64,000 bases of DNA, taken from positions 8,494,001-8,558,000 of the forward strand of contig OZ231126.1 of assembly GCA_965153355.1 (NCBI GenBank). Direction: 5' to 3'. Each line of letters begins with the position of its first letter. The first letter of the stretch is position 1. Positions 36,414 through 50,416 of the stretch are shown here, piece after piece. The stretch comes from Flaccisagitta enflata. Lineage: Eukaryota. The notes under the pieces are model-generated. The model saw only the letters and a list, made by a program, of their open reading frames with translations. It ran no database searches and was not told the DNA's origin. Made by a program: the position numbers and the translations under genes.

Positions 36414-36898
36414 GGAAGAAGAAGAAGAAAAAGAAGAAAAGAGGAGGAAGAAGAAGATGAAAAAAAAAGCGAAAGAAGAGGGAAATGGAAATAAGGGCGA
36501 TTACAGTCAGCATTGATATCATTTGCATATTGCAGTTTTATGATGACTACTCTTGTGTAACTTAGTTTTTTTTGGAAGACGGTTAGTTAAAGTTGAAAAG
36601 ATAACTTGAAATTGATTTTTGTTGTTGTGAACTAGATGAAAAATAAAAACCTTATGCGCATGTAAAACTTCTCAACATCGTCATGTGTTTCATAAAGCCT
36701 CCCGCAAAAAAGTTTAAATTGATGATATAATAACTGAAAAAAATCAAGCCAATTTGAGATGGGTCCTAGGTTTGCACAATTCCGCAATCAAACGGGCAAG
36801 GCGCCTGCATTCGCCTGGATCATCCAGGGGATGGTATTTCAGGGCTGTCACTTGATCCGAGTCAATTGTGTTCTAGCGGTGGATGCTGGATGGGGAAG

Positions 36899-38859
36899 TC
36901 TATTACCAACTTAGCTACTAACCTTCCAGATTTAGCTACTAAAAGAGGTACCTTAGCTATTGGATTAAGCATCTGGAATCTAGCTATTTTTTTAGCTACT
37001 TTCAGGATAAAAGTTTAGCTACTTTTAGCTACTAAAGAAAGCAGGCTGCACAATGCGAAAAATGTTTTGTTTAGGGGCTAGAATTTAGGCCCAAGAAGGT
37101 TATTTAAGCTTAATTAAGCTGATTCAAGGTGTTACGTTGGCAATTCTGGGGCTTGAAATACCTTGTTTAGGCAAAAAAAGCACAATTCGAGTTAAGAAGG
37201 GTTAAATCAAGAGGAAGGCTAGACGAAGTCCTCAATTGGCAGCATTTTTGCAAATAAGAGCATATTTCAAACCAAAGGCAGATATTTTTAGCCTGACAAT
37301 TTTAGGCAATAAAAAGTAAATTTCAAGCTCTGACAGAGTTGATTTACGAATTAGGTTCTATGATAACTTGATTCAAGATGTTGCTATCACAAAGACACCA
37401 TGGACAGATGAACAGAAGAAAATTCCCCTTGCATTTTAAAGGATATTTGCTCTATACTGCTGCCACCCAAAATACAAAGTGGTATAGTTTAACCCTTGAA
37501 TGGATGCTTAGCGACTTACAAATTTTGGTTGTTAAATGAGGATTTCTTTCTCAGCTCCTACGTGAGACTGAGGAAATGGAGCGAAGTAGGACTCCATGAT
37601 ATATTTTTTTTCTTATTTATCCCCCCCCCCTTATCTCTTTTTTTATCCTTTTCCGTTTCTGAACAAACTTTAGTTGTAGCACTGTGACTATGATTGCTGT
37701 ATGGAATTGTCGCATTTATGTTGACAAAAATAAACGTAATAATAATAATAATAATAATTATCAATTGATGAAATAAACACAAAACAAAGTCGGAAACTCA
37801 GCACCACAGTTGCATATGGCAACTGCTCACAATTCAGGATTGCAATGGATGGACCAACGGACCTACCAACCTATTGACCTACCTACCCACACAGCAAGGT
37901 GTTGTCACACATCTGCGACTAAAAATATACAGGGATCCAAATTCCATATCCAATAGTAGTGGATATAACGGTTCCAATTATCTGATCATTAGAGGGACAG
38001 ATTGACTAAGGGAACAATCTATACTTGTGACATGTGCAACAATTCATCCTAGAAAACTCATACAATTACCAAAGTAAAAATAAAATAAAAATCTATTGAA
38101 AAATTGAAAAGAATATGGACATTTATATAGTGTAAGCTTCCATTACATACACATACATACCTAAAATATGGTTTTTTGAAACACTATCAAAATTCCTTAG
38201 GTATATACTTTTTACTAAATGTATCATATTTTTTCTATCTTAAGAACTTTTTTAGTGTATTTTATGAGATACAATTCATTTTAGGGTAAGGGTATTGTTA
38301 GAGCCGTCTTCTGGCATTGATCGGGATCATCAACTCATGTTGAAACAAAGGCAGATGTGTATATAATTGCGTTGTCTTTGAATCCCCCACTCCCCCCCTG
38401 CCTTTGATTTTTGATGCGTCGCGTTTTAAAATCTTTGATATTATCACCCATAAGGCAATGAAACAGTAAGCTAAGGTTTAAGTAGTGTTAAATTGTGTTT
38501 TACTAATCAGCCTTTATGATTTAGTACAGCCAAAAATTATTTCCCCCAAATTTTCTTTTTTTCTCTTTTTCCCCCTTTGACTTCTTTCCCCATCTCCAAA
38601 CCCAACATGGGGGGGAACCTAATTATATACAGGCCTGAACAAAAGTCATAAGCATTTTTTTTCATTAAAGGTTGAAAGAATAATGGTCCAGAATGAAAGA
38701 AATAATGTTTTTATCATCAATTCTAACTCATTTTCCCCATCTAGAATAAACAGTAAATCTAGCTACTAATCTGGAATGTTCGAACAATTTTTTAGCTACC
38801 ATCTGGAAGGCTGGAGCACTCCATCTGGAATTTTGAGCCCAGGCCAGGTTGGCATCAGA
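36899..38859. mobile_element. Non-autonomous TIR element with a 10-bp direct-repeat flank (MULE- or hAT-like)
   Basis: GATGGGGAAG on both sides; imperfect TIR TCTATTACCAACTT / TCTGATGCCAACCT; subterminal TTAGCTACT and ATCTGGAA repeats at both ends. Confidence 0.6.
38352..38637. mobile_element. hAT-type MITE (same family as 14832-15138)
   Basis: CAGATGTGTATATAATT...AATTATATACAGGCCTG; TSD AACAAAGG / AACAAAAG. Confidence 0.78.
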
Positions 38860-39616
38860 GATGGGGAAGTAAAGCCCGCCTACTTTTCAACTGATCTCAA
38901 TGCTTATATTTAGTCGGCAGCGTTTAAACTACAATTTTGATTGTCGGCACAAAAGAAAAATCAAAGAGGCCTGGCTGCGTTATTCCTAATTTATATATAA
39001 CTTCAAAATCATTCATGGAACAGGGAGTTGTATCACTTTTATGTCATATAGGTGGACATGCCTTATTAGCAGAAGCGCTCTTGCGGTGCTCTACTGCTCT
39101 ATTGTTGTATTAGTTCTAGAATTTAGGACAATGGAGTTATTGGACGACTGGCCCACAGACCACCAAATCCCACCCTGATGGGAAATAAGCCCCTAACGAC
39201 ACTTTATCCCGCTCAAGCCACCTCACTCATGGCCACAGAGAGGACAGGGAAATCGTTAATTAGAGCGTGAACTAAAAATGGGCCTGAAAATCGCGCGCGG
39301 GAGGGCAGGGGCCGAAACCTTAAAAAAAAAAAAATCGACCAATGCAAAGGACGGATCGACCGGGAATTTGCTCCTAGAGTGGCGTGCACGCGACGAAATA
39401 TAGGACTTCTGAAGATAGGGGAATGAACTGGACTTCGGGCGTTTGTAAGTTGAAAAAAAAAATTCTCACTGCCATTTTGCTATTTCTATTCTTTGTAGAA
39501 TGCTATTTTTCCATTTGTTTGTTCAGCTTGTTTTCCCATTTCCTGGTAAATTGACAAGCTTAATCGTCGGATAGATTCTTTGGTCATATGTTTGATAATT
39601 TTTCAGCTCAGTTGTA

Positions 39617-39835
39617 CTATCGTCACAAATAAAATCTTCCCACCTCAAAACAAGCATATACTTTGAAAATGTGCTGCTCTTAGACAAATAAAGCTACTGA
39701 CCCAGATTGGTCCCATTCTAATGAGTTTAAACAAATCTTTCAAATAGAACCAATCTGGTTGTCATAACTTTATTTGTTTAGGAGCAGCACTCTGATAATA
39801 GTTATCAGGTGGGAAGATTCTTTTTATGAAGATAG
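39617..39835. mobile_element. TA-flanked MITE (Tc1/mariner-like)
   Basis: TA-CTATCGTCACAAATAAAATCTTCCCACCT...AGGTGGGAAGATT...GAAGATAG-TA; second copy at 62237-62591 interrupted by a HINE. Confidence 0.72.
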
Positions 39836-40095
39836 TAGAGTCAAATGCTTGCTCAATTACGGCTCATCTCTTTATCCTATTTTAATTGTCCCACTCATTT
39901 GTTGTAGAACTGGAAGAGACCATTGGCACAATCTGATTTGCTTCATTTTCATTCATTTAAACACTTCCTGCCAAACTCGTCCACGGTTTTATCCCAACGA
40001 AATTTATCACATCGGCGCAGTGTCCACGATGGGAAACCGAACCCCCCCCCCCCCTCCGACCCCACTTTCCCCCTCTCGCCTCCTTAGCATCTTAC

Positions 40096-40556
40096 TAGGA
40101 TTCGAAATAGTTAACTTTAACTAGCTAGTTAACTAGTTAAAATTCTGAAAACCCCCACAGTTGACTACGAGAAATTGACTAGTTAAAACATTAAATGATT
40201 TCCATAGAAAAAATGGAAAAATCAACTATTTTGTCTGTCAATGATATGGTTTTCAGTGATTTTTAATGATTTTTAATGATTTCAAAGCGAATTCTTTTTA
40301 CTAAAAGAAAAAAATATTTGAGATCATAACATGCAAACATGGAAACTTGAAGATGTTTTGCCATAAACAGTAAAGTAAATATTGCAAAAAATGATTGCTC
40401 TATGAATTGTATCAAGATACTGATAATTCTACTAAGATTTTGCCTTTTTTATTAGGTAAATATTTTTTACTATCTTAGCTAGTTAACTAACGAAAATTGT
40501 AGTCAGTTAACCATTAACTAGTTAATCTGAAAACCTTAACTATATTGCGAGTCCTA
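40096..40556. mobile_element. MITE with TAGG termini and subterminal TAGTTAA repeats
   Basis: TAGGATTCGAAATAGTTAA...TTAACTATATTGCGAGTCCTA; no clear TSD. Confidence 0.55.
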
Positions 40557-41437
40557 CTGATCATCGGTCCTTCTCCAATCTCAACCCTCCCTCTCAGCCA
40601 CTCTCTCTCTCCTTGTTTGTCAGAGCACACGGCCGATCGCGATCACGGAGCAGTGAGCAATTAGTGTGACTGCCCTTCTGCGGTTCTCAAGTCCTCTCGA
40701 CACGTTTCAGTCGGAATGACCTTCAATCCCGCATTCCATCGTAAAATGCGCTCTCATTTCACCGGAAATAGAAGATGGCGGTGGTAGTGTGGGCAGTGGT
40801 GGTGATGGTGGCAGTGGTGGTGATGGTGTCAGTATTGGTGATGGTAGTGGTGGTGATGGTGGTAGTGGTGGTGATGGTGACAGTGGTAGTGATAGTGGTA
40901 GTGGCTGTAGTAGCGATAGTGGGAGGAGCGGTGGTGATGGTGGCAGTGGTGATCATGGTGGTAGTGGTGGTGATGGTGCCATCATGGTGGTAGTGGCGAT
41001 GGCGGCAGCGGTGGTGATGGTGGTAGTGGTGGTGATGGTGGTAGAGGTGATGATGGTGGCAGTGGCTGCAGTAGCGATGGTGGGAGGAGCGGTGGTGGTG
41101 GTGGTGACAGTGGTGGTGGTAGTGGCATCAGCGGTGGCGTCGTTGGCCCTCTTGATCTTATTTCACCGGAAATGGTTCCACTGAGTCAAGACTCAAAATG
41201 GAAACTCCTCAAGGTCAATGGGGGGGGAGGAGGTGGAGGATGAGGGGGAGGGGGAGTGGGAGGGATAGTATGATATGTGAGGATAAAACAGAGGAAAGAG
41301 GGATGGAGGAATGGTTGTGAGGTATGTGGAAAACGAAAGAAAGAAGAGAAGAGTGTGCTTTATTAGGGAAATGTAGGGCAAATAGACCAAATGAGTGCAT
41401 GCTACGTGGATGAAATGCGGAGGAGAGAAAAATAGGG

Positions 41438-42560
41438 AACAGGTCGCCCAAGGGCAATACCATCTTGGTCAAAAATATCGTCTCAGTAAAACATTAAAGT
41501 TATTTTTTGTTATTATCTTTTACAATAAATTTAATTTTTTTGTAGCAATGTTTTGTCTAGGCTTTCTAGGTACTAGATATTATTTGTAATTATTTGGGAA
41601 GACATAGATAAAGGATTTTTGAACAATTTTGTACAACAAGTCCTTTGATTTTCATAAAGATTTTTTTCATTAGCATTTTCAAACTAAGGTATATTCATTT
41701 TTAGATAAAATCCAAACGGTTTGAGTTAAAAAAATCTGGTTGGTGTCATTAGGCAGATTTTTTGAAGCTCTTTCTAATGGTCACCGATTTATATATGATT
41801 TTATCATGATAAGCCCTCAAAATATGAAAATAGACAGGTCAATATTTTTCCTCCTATTTCTTTGCATATTTTCTGTTCTTTGTTGAAATGAATGTTTTTA
41901 CTCTTTTGGCTCTAAAATCTAAACGAATTGAGTTACTGAACTCTGCTTGGCGGCATTTTAAAGATTTTTTCAAGCTCTTTTCAATGATCACTGATTTTAA
42001 TATGGTTTTTAAAGTAGTTTTATCTTCAATTAGACATAAAGGTGAGACGATATTTTTGACCAAGATGGTATGTGGTCAGCGATACCCGATGCCCTGCTTT
42101 GCATTATTGAAAATTGGAGTGAGATGAAGCAGGGCAGCAGTTCCGAAGGGGACGAAGTCCTGTAGAACACAGGGGGACTTTTGTTTTTCTGTCACACCGT
42201 CATTCCGTCCATTCCCCCAGACATTCTCAGGCCTTAAATCTGCCCTATCAGGCCTGAAATCTGTCTTCTCGGGACTGAAATCTGCCCTCTCAGGCCTTGA
42301 ATCTGTCCTCTTAGATCTGAAATCTGTCCTCTTAGATCTGAAATCTGTCCTCTCAGATCTGAAATCAACACAGATTCAAGGTCTGAGAGGATAGATTTCA
42401 GGCCTGATAGGGCAGATTTTAGGCCTGATAGGGCAGATATCAGGCCTGAGAGGGCCTGGGGGGGGGACGAACGGAATGACGGAATGACGGAATGACGGAT
42501 AAACGAAAGTGCCCCTGTGTCCTACAGGACTTCGTCCCCTTTGAAGCCGTTTCCCAAAAA
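41438..42560 (-). mobile_element. Family-2 HINE-like element with ~45-bp subTIRs and inverted 21-bp repeat arrays
   Basis: Homologous to 56716-57573; AACAGGTCGCCCAAGGGCAATA end; GAAGGGGACGAAGTCCTGTAGAACACAGGGG inverted pair. Confidence 0.75.
41460..42068. mobile_element. Tc1/mariner-type MITE with 26-bp perfect TIR and TA TSD
   Basis: CCATCTTGGTCAAAAATATCGTCTCA TIR; the empty site GGCAATATGTGG is present in the paralogous host copy at 56731. Confidence 0.92.
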
Positions 42561-45500
42561 GGGATGGGATGAGGGCTTAAAGGACAAACAGAGGAAAGAA
42601 AGAAGGGAGGATGTGTTTTATGTGTTTATAATATGGGGGAAAGAAGATGCTATGTGGGGGTAAAACGGAGGAAAGAACGAAAGTGGAAGGGGAAAGCATG
42701 AGGGTGGAAAACGGAGGAAGAGATGTAAGGCAAAAAAGAGGAGAGAAGAAGAGATATGTGTATAATATACATGTGATGTGGAGGTCACATGTAAGACTGA
42801 AGGAAAAGATGATAGATAAGATGTGGGTGGAAAAGGGTGACAGAAGGTTGAAAACCATAGAACCTGTCGTGATGTCATCAATGGACCCCTTGTCCAGCTT
42901 AAGTTAAGTTTCAAAGTAGTAGAGTCAGAGTAAGAGAACTTAGGAGTAAATACCCACATCTCCATCGGGGGAAGGGGGCAGCAATAAGCTGAGCAGGCAA
43001 GAAGGAGGCTTAGTAGAGGCTTGGAATGTGCTCGGGAGGCCATAAAAGAGTTCTGAAACAGTTTGAAGAGACTTGAATGGCAAGTGTGGAGGGGGAGGGA
43101 TAAAGGCGGATAAAGGAGAAGTGACATGAGACATATGCTTGGAGGGGACGGGGGGGGGTAAAGGCAGATGAGAAGAAGGGACATAAGACATATGCTGGAA
43201 GGAGGCGGGGGGGGGGTAAAGGCAGAAGGGGGAGAAAGTAAGTTTTGGGGAACGAAGGCAGAAGGAGGAGGAAGCGATAAGATGGGTTTGTGAACGCCAA
43301 TGGATGGGGGTGGGGTGGGAGAGAAAGGAGAGAGAGAGATGAGGAACGTTGAGAGAGATGGGTTTTGAGAAACAAAGGACGGAGGAGGAAGCGATGTGTT
43401 GGGTTTGTGGTTGCCAATGGAGGGAGAGGGGGTGAGGGTGGGAGAGGAAGGAGAGAGAAGAAGAACGATGAGAGAGAGGGTTTTTTGAGAAACAAAGGAC
43501 GAAGGAGGAAGCGATGTGTTTGTGAACGCCAACAATAAACAGGTCGCGTAGAGTTGAGGAAGGACCTAAGAAGCATGATGGCAGTCAAACGGTCAATCGG
43601 CGATATCAATGAGAGGCTTTAAGTGGGTGTGGTCGATAATGACAACTTTGAAGGAAGTTGTAAAGAAGGCGGGACACGAGGAGGTGAAGATAAAGGGAAC
43701 GTAATGGCGAGTTTCTTGTAACCCCCCAAAACACGTTAGTTCTTGTGAAACGCGACCTCAGCGTGAACACATATTTATGAATTTCACTGTCCCAAGAGGG
43801 AGTGAGCGAAGTGAGTGAGCAAGCCCGTGAATGGAGCGAGCGAACGAGCAAAGTTTGCGTTGCGAGCATAGTGAAGCAGAGCGCTGCAGAGCGAGTGAGC
43901 AGAGTGAGCGGTGCGAGCGAATGAACGTAGCGAGCGACCAAGTAGCCCGTTCAAAACGCGATTGTCTCTGACTAGAAACGTCCCCTTAGTATGGGATGAG
44001 AGTGTTCATGTGTTCATGACAGGGATTGTCGGCGGGGTCTTGCGTTGGGGGAAGTTGGGGGAAAGCAGGGAGAAGAGGTGAGGGAAGTTAGGATTAAGGG
44101 GCTCAGCTGGGGATATGGACACCCTGGTTTCTTTTTTTCAATTAGGTAATTTTAACCAAAATTGGGCTGAGTTGATGGTCCCGATCAATGCCAGAAGACA
44201 GCTCTAACTATACCCTTCCCCTAAAATGTTTTATATATTTTTCTAAAATACACTTAAAATTTTGTTTTAAATAGAAGAAATATGACACATTTAGTAAAAA
44301 GTATATACCTGAGGATTTTTGATAGCGTTTCAAAAAACCATATTTTAGGTATGTATGTGTATGTAATGGAAGCTTACACTATATAAATGTCCGTATTTTT
44401 TCAGATTTTCTTTTAAGTTTAATGTTTTTTATTGGATAATTGTATGAGTTTTATATAGGATGAATTGTTGCACATATCACATGGAGATTTGGGGGGGGGG
44501 GTCAATTTGCCATTTTGCTGCTCTGTGTCACAAAAAGGTAAAAGATTCACCAAGCAAAATAAAAAAGTTTTAAATTCATTAAATCGTAAAATCTTTCGAC
44601 GGGCGTCAAAGTTGCTACAATCTCACTGGCCCAGAAAACATTTTTTGTCTCTTCATATATCCAAGCAGAAAATGATATGTAAGTCAATACTTAGCTGACC
44701 AGTTGGGTTTGAGAAAAAAAAAGGTCTTCGTGCCTAATGTTTGTCTCTGCCCTCAACGTCTCTGTGTCTGTTCTCTGTCTCTTCTGGCACATTTCTGTCA
44801 TATAGCGTTTGTCTCAGCTAGCTATATAGTCTCCTTGTTTTCGTTGCTTTCGTTTTGATCTTTTTTGCCTCAACTTGGCGAGTGTCTCTGCGGTTGTCTT
44901 GGCCTTTGTTTCTTCCTCAGTCTCTGTCTCTGTTTCTGTCTCTGTCTCTGTTCCTGTCTCTGTCTCTGTGGTTGTCTTTGCCTCATCCTCATCTCATTCT
45001 GTGTCTCAGACTGTCTCAGTCTCTGTCTCAGTCTCTGTCTCACTCTTTCTTAGTCTCTGCCTCCGTTACAGCCTCTGTCTCCATCTACGTCTCTGTCTCC
45101 ACCTCTGTCTTCGTCTTTGTCTCTGCCTCTTTCGGCATTTTCCGGTAAAAATGTCGGCTAGACCGCTCGGCCGATTGCTGGCCGGTTTACCGGTATTCTG
45201 GCCTTCTTTGAGTTTAACTGGAGCGGTAACAGAGGTGACGGTGGTGATGGCGGCGGTGGTGGCGACAGCGCAGGCGGCACGGCGGCGGCGGCGGCAGCGG
45301 TAGTGACTGCGGCGAAAGCGGCTGCATTGAAAGTGGCACGATGGCGGCAGCGGCGGCGGCAGTAACAAGTGCGGCAAAGGCGGCGGCGGCGGCGTCGGCG
45401 ACAGGCAGTATAGGCATGAGGTGGTCAGCTGCGTCAATGTCAGCAGATGCGGCGGTGGCGGCGGTGGCAGCGGTGGTGGCAGTTGAGTAAGGGTGGTGAA

Positions 45501-45791
45501 ATTGATGGATTGGATGTGGAGGATGCTGCAGTACCAGAGGAAGACGAGGAGCCGGGACAGCGATGGTAGACTTGATGGTGGTGGTGGTGGCGTTGGCGGT
45601 GGCAGCGGCGTTGGAAGTTACGCAGGAGGAGGAAGAGGCGGAGGCGGTGGCGGAAGAAAAAAAGGTGAAGGAGGAGGAGGCGGCGGAGGCGGCGGTAGCC
45701 GCGCAGTCTCGGTAACAACACAATGGCCTTAAAGGGACTTGACGCGGCACGGCCGAAGTCCAGGAACCAAATTTGGACTCTGTGCCGGAAG

Positions 45792-46000
<209 letters not shown>

Positions 46001-46061
46001 CGTGCGTGCGTGTGTGCGTGTGTGCGTGCGTGTCGTGTCTGTCTGTCTGTCTGTCTGTCAG

Positions 46062-46167
<106 letters not shown>

Positions 46168-46352
46168 CCTTTCCGTCTCTCTCAATCTGGTTTTGGTATA
46201 AACATTCAGGAGCCCTATTTTATGCTTGGGTCCATTTTGTTGTTTCTCGGTTGATTAGTCAGGAGACTCAGAACGTAATCAATGTGGCGGACAAAATGGC
46301 CACATTAATCTTCAACCGGAGCTCATTGAAAAATAGCTCCATGATTCAGGAG

Positions 46353-46555
<203 letters not shown>

Positions 46556-47436
46556 AGTGGCCTTGTCAAGGGGATCCATGCTGTGACGATGATGAATTGA
46601 AAAATGCATGTAAGCAATTCTCTTCATGATTGATCGATCCGCTTTCTTTTTAAAAAGTTCCACCCCTTCATTTATCAGCGTGCTCATGAATTCATTCACC
46701 TTCAAACTCTCACTCTCACACCATCTTGGCTGTCTCACCAGCATATCAGCGAACTCATAAATCTATTCACCCTTAAACCCTTTCATACTGTCATCTTTCT
46801 TTTCCCCCCAAATTACTGAAACATTCATCCAAAATCTCGTCCTCACGCCATTATTAGCTTCTCTCCCATATCACCAAACTCATAAATCCAGAAATCCGCT
46901 CCCCATCCATTATTTCACCCTCTCACCATCTTAGCTCGACCGCAAAACAACCCTCTTACCATTGCTCTGGAACCCTCCCACTATATTCAAACCACCACTT
47001 TTCTAAGGCAGATTTCCGTTATACTTTGATCCTTTATAGCTGATCTATCTGTATAAATTTCTTCATCCTTTTTCCGTACCAAAAACATCCCCTTTCTACT
47101 ACGCTACGTGCTACATACTTAACTAACACCACCATTTATCCACTGCACCCTCATCGCCAAATTTCCGCTGCAACACAAACCGCTCTCTCTCCACTACGGC
47201 GAAACCACCATCTTTCCACCACACAACAAGAAGTACCACCTTTCTACTCCACCTTCAGTTTTATTTCCTCCAATCATTGTTATTCCTTTCTCTCTCTTTC
47301 TTTTTTTTATTGGCCTTCTGCCAAATCCCCGCCCAAGCAAAGGAAAAAATTGAAGAGATAAAATTCATCGACTTTTGAGATGATTTATGAAAAATCCCGT
47401 CCAACTATTTCGGCGCTTCACAACGCAGAGGGTCAT

Positions 47437-48333
47437 GACCACCTATGGTTTAGCTACTGTGTGATTGACTGTGTGGTTTTCTTGACCACCTATGGTTTAG
47501 CTACTGTGTGATTGGCTGTGTGGTTTTCTTGACCACCTATGGTTTAGCTACTGTGTGATTGACTGTGTGGTTTTCTTGACCACCTATGGTTTAGCTACTG
47601 TGTGATTGGCTGTGTGGTTTTCTTGACGACTTATGGTTTAGCGACTGTGTGATTGGCTGTGTGCTTTTCTTGACCACCTATGGTTTAGCAGTTTAGCTAC
47701 TGTTTGATTGGCTGTGTGGTTTTCTTGACCACCTATGGTTTAACAACTGTGTGATTGGTTGTGTAGCTTCATGACCTCCTATAATTTAGCGACTGTGTGA
47801 TTGGTTGTGTGGTTTTATGACCACCTATGGTTTAGCGACTGTGTGATTGGTTGTGTGGTTTTCTTGACCACCTGTGGTTTAGCGACTGTGTGACTGGTTG
47901 TGTGGTTTTCTTGACCACCTATATTTTAGCAACTGTGTGATTGGTTGTGTGGTATCTTGACCACCTATGGTTTAGCGACTGTGTGACTGGTTGTGTGGTT
48001 TTCTTGACCACCTATATTTTAGCAACTGTGTGATTGGTTGTGTGGTATCTTGACCACCTATGGTTTAGCGACTGCAATTTGTTCTGTGGTTTCATGACCA
48101 CCTATGGTTTAGCAACTGTGTGATTGGTTGTGTGGTTTTCTTGACCACCTATGGTTTAGCTATTGTGTGATTGGCTGTGTGGTTTTCTTGACCATCTATG
48201 GTTTAGCGACTATGTGATTGGTTGTGTAGTTTCATGACCACCTATGGTTTAGCGACTGTGTAATTGGTTGTGTGGTTTTCTTGACCACCTATGGTTTAGC
48301 GACTGTGTGATTGGTTGTGTGGTTTTCTTGACC
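47437..48333. repeat. 47-bp tandem satellite, left block (~19 units)
   Basis: Unit GACCACCTATGGTTTAGCGACTGTGTGATTGGTTGTGTGGTTTTCTT, head to tail. Confidence 0.95.
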
Positions 48334-49461
48334 CAGGTAGTCCGCCAGCGAATTTGGGTGCGTTCAGCAACGGGGAATGAACGCCTGTTCAGGAACAATA
48401 CCATACAAGTGTTGCTTAACACAATTAAAGAGACCTTTGGCCAACGATTTTGTTCAGTGAGGGCCATAAAAAGTGCGTTCATGAACGGGTAAAAAATCCA
48501 CTCCACCACTAATTATGTTGGTGGAGTGGTAATTAACTCCACTTAATACAAAATATCTTCATACTCAATGTGTATTATCTTCAGTCTTAAATGTAACATT
48601 TATCTACTCAATGAACAAAACTATTCATCAAAAGGTAAAATTTAGTATTTCATGAACAGCCAGATAAGCATCATTTATGGTATAACAATTTTGAAGAAAG
48701 TGTCAAATCCAATCTATTTATAGTCTCTTTCATATGTGCCCATAAAAGGTTTATTCATTCACTGGATTATATATCCACTCAATAATGAAATTTTGTTGTT
48801 CATGAACAGCCAAAAAGCAGCATCGATGAACATAGTCCCAAGATCACTTCATCACTAATAAAATATCTTTTAACCCAGCCATTCATGCAGTCAAAAAAGT
48901 TTCCTTAATGAACTCTTTGTTAGATTAAACTAGATGCTCAAAACTGTTTATCAAAAAAAAATTTTTTTGCTGTTCTTTAACAGCCAGATGAGCATTTTTC
49001 ATGAATAGGTAAAAAACCCATTCCACCATCAAAACCATTGGTGGAGTGTTTTTTAGTCGCGTGCACGCGACTCTACAACCCGCTTTGTCGGTCCGTCGGT
49101 CCGTCTGTCGGTCCGTCCGTCGGTCCGTCCGTCCGTCCACTTTACTTTTTTTGGGTTTTTGCGGTCTTTGGCCTCACTGCTCCTGCCCAAATGATGGAGT
49201 GGCCTCAAATATGGCCCCTGCCCACCCGCACGCGACTTGGGTAGCCGTGTATCCGGCCTTGTTTTTACCTGTTCAGCAACGGCTTTTTTTACCCCTCAAT
49301 GAATGGTCGTTCATGAACATGTCTTTTTGGGCCCTCCATGAACAAAATTGTTTGCCAAGGGCCTCTTTTTAGTCGTTCATGAACAGCTCTATGGCATTGT
49401 TCAGCAACATGCGTTCATTCCCTGTTGATGAACACCCCCAAATTCGCTGGCGGACTATCCC
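48334..49461. mobile_element. Non-autonomous TIR element with 8-bp TSD (Merlin- or hAT-like) inside the satellite
   Basis: TAGTCCGCCAGCGAATTTGGG inverted at both ends (imperfect for over 100 bp); TSD TCTTGACC; nested HINE at 49049-49266. Confidence 0.85.
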
Positions 49462-50416
49462 TCTTGACCACCCATGGTTTAGCGACTGTGTGATTGGTTG
49501 TGTGGTTTCATGACCACCTATGGTTTAGCGACTGTGTGATTGGTTGTGAGGTTTTCTTGACCACCTATGGTTCAGCGACTGTGTGATTAATTGTATGGTT
49601 TTCTTGACCACCTATGGTTTAGCGACTGTGTGATCAGTTGTGTGGTTTCATGACCACCTGTAGGTTAGTGACAGTGTGATTGGTTGTGTGGTTTTCTTGA
49701 CCACCCATGGTTTAGCATATGTGTGATTGGTTGTGTGGTTTTCTTGACCACCTATGGTTTAGTGACTGTGTGATTGGTTGTGTGGTTTTCTTGACCACCC
49801 ATGGTTTAGCGACTGTGTGATTGGTTGTGTGGTTTTCTTGACCACCTATGGTTTAGCGACTGTGTGATTGGTTGTATGGTTTTCTTGACCACCTATGGTT
49901 TAATGACTGTGTGATTGGTTGTATGGTTTTCATGACCACATATGGTTTAGCGACTGTGTGATCAGTTGTGTGGTTTCATGACCACCTGTAGGTTAGTGAC
50001 TGTGTGATTGGTTGTGTGGTTTTCTTGACCACCCATGGTTTAGCGACTGTGTGATTGGTTGTGTGGTTTTCTTGACCACCTATGGTTTAGCGACTGTGTG
50101 ATTGGTTGTGTGGTTTTCTTGACCACCTATGGTTTAGCGACTGTGTGATTGGTTGTGTGGTTTTCTTGACCACCTATGGTTTAGTGACTGTGTGATTGGT
50201 TGTATGGTTTTCATGACCACATATGGTTTTGCGACTGTGTGATTGGTTGTGTGGTTTTCATGACCACCTATGGTTTAGCAACTGTGTGATTGGTTGTGTG
50301 GTTTTCTTGACCACCTATGGTTTAGCGACTGTGTGATTGGTTGTGTGGTTTCATGACCACCTCTGGTTTAGTAACTGTGTGATTGGTTGTGTGGTTTTCT
50401 TGACCGCCTATGGTTT
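49462..50416. repeat. 47-bp tandem satellite, right block (~20 units)
   Basis: Same unit, resuming in register after the TSD. Confidence 0.95.

Noticed and set aside
36040-36528. Host exon on the minus strand beside the (AAG)n tract
   Set aside because: A GTATGT donor exists, but there is no convincing acceptor and no recognisable protein motif
42577-43700. 305-aa and 199-aa Pro/Ser/Leu-rich ORFs
   Set aside because: Purine/pyrimidine-skewed sequence with local duplications; no domain motifs
38026-44481. 6.4-kb transposon bounded by ~310-bp inverted repeats (38026-38338 / 44169-44481)
   Set aside because: No defined termini or TSD, and the left copy lies inside another TSD-flanked element; more likely two dispersed copies in opposite orientation
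47437-50416. CRISPR-like array
   Set aside because: Units are head-to-tail with no unique spacers, there are no cas genes, and the context is eukaryotic; it is a satellite
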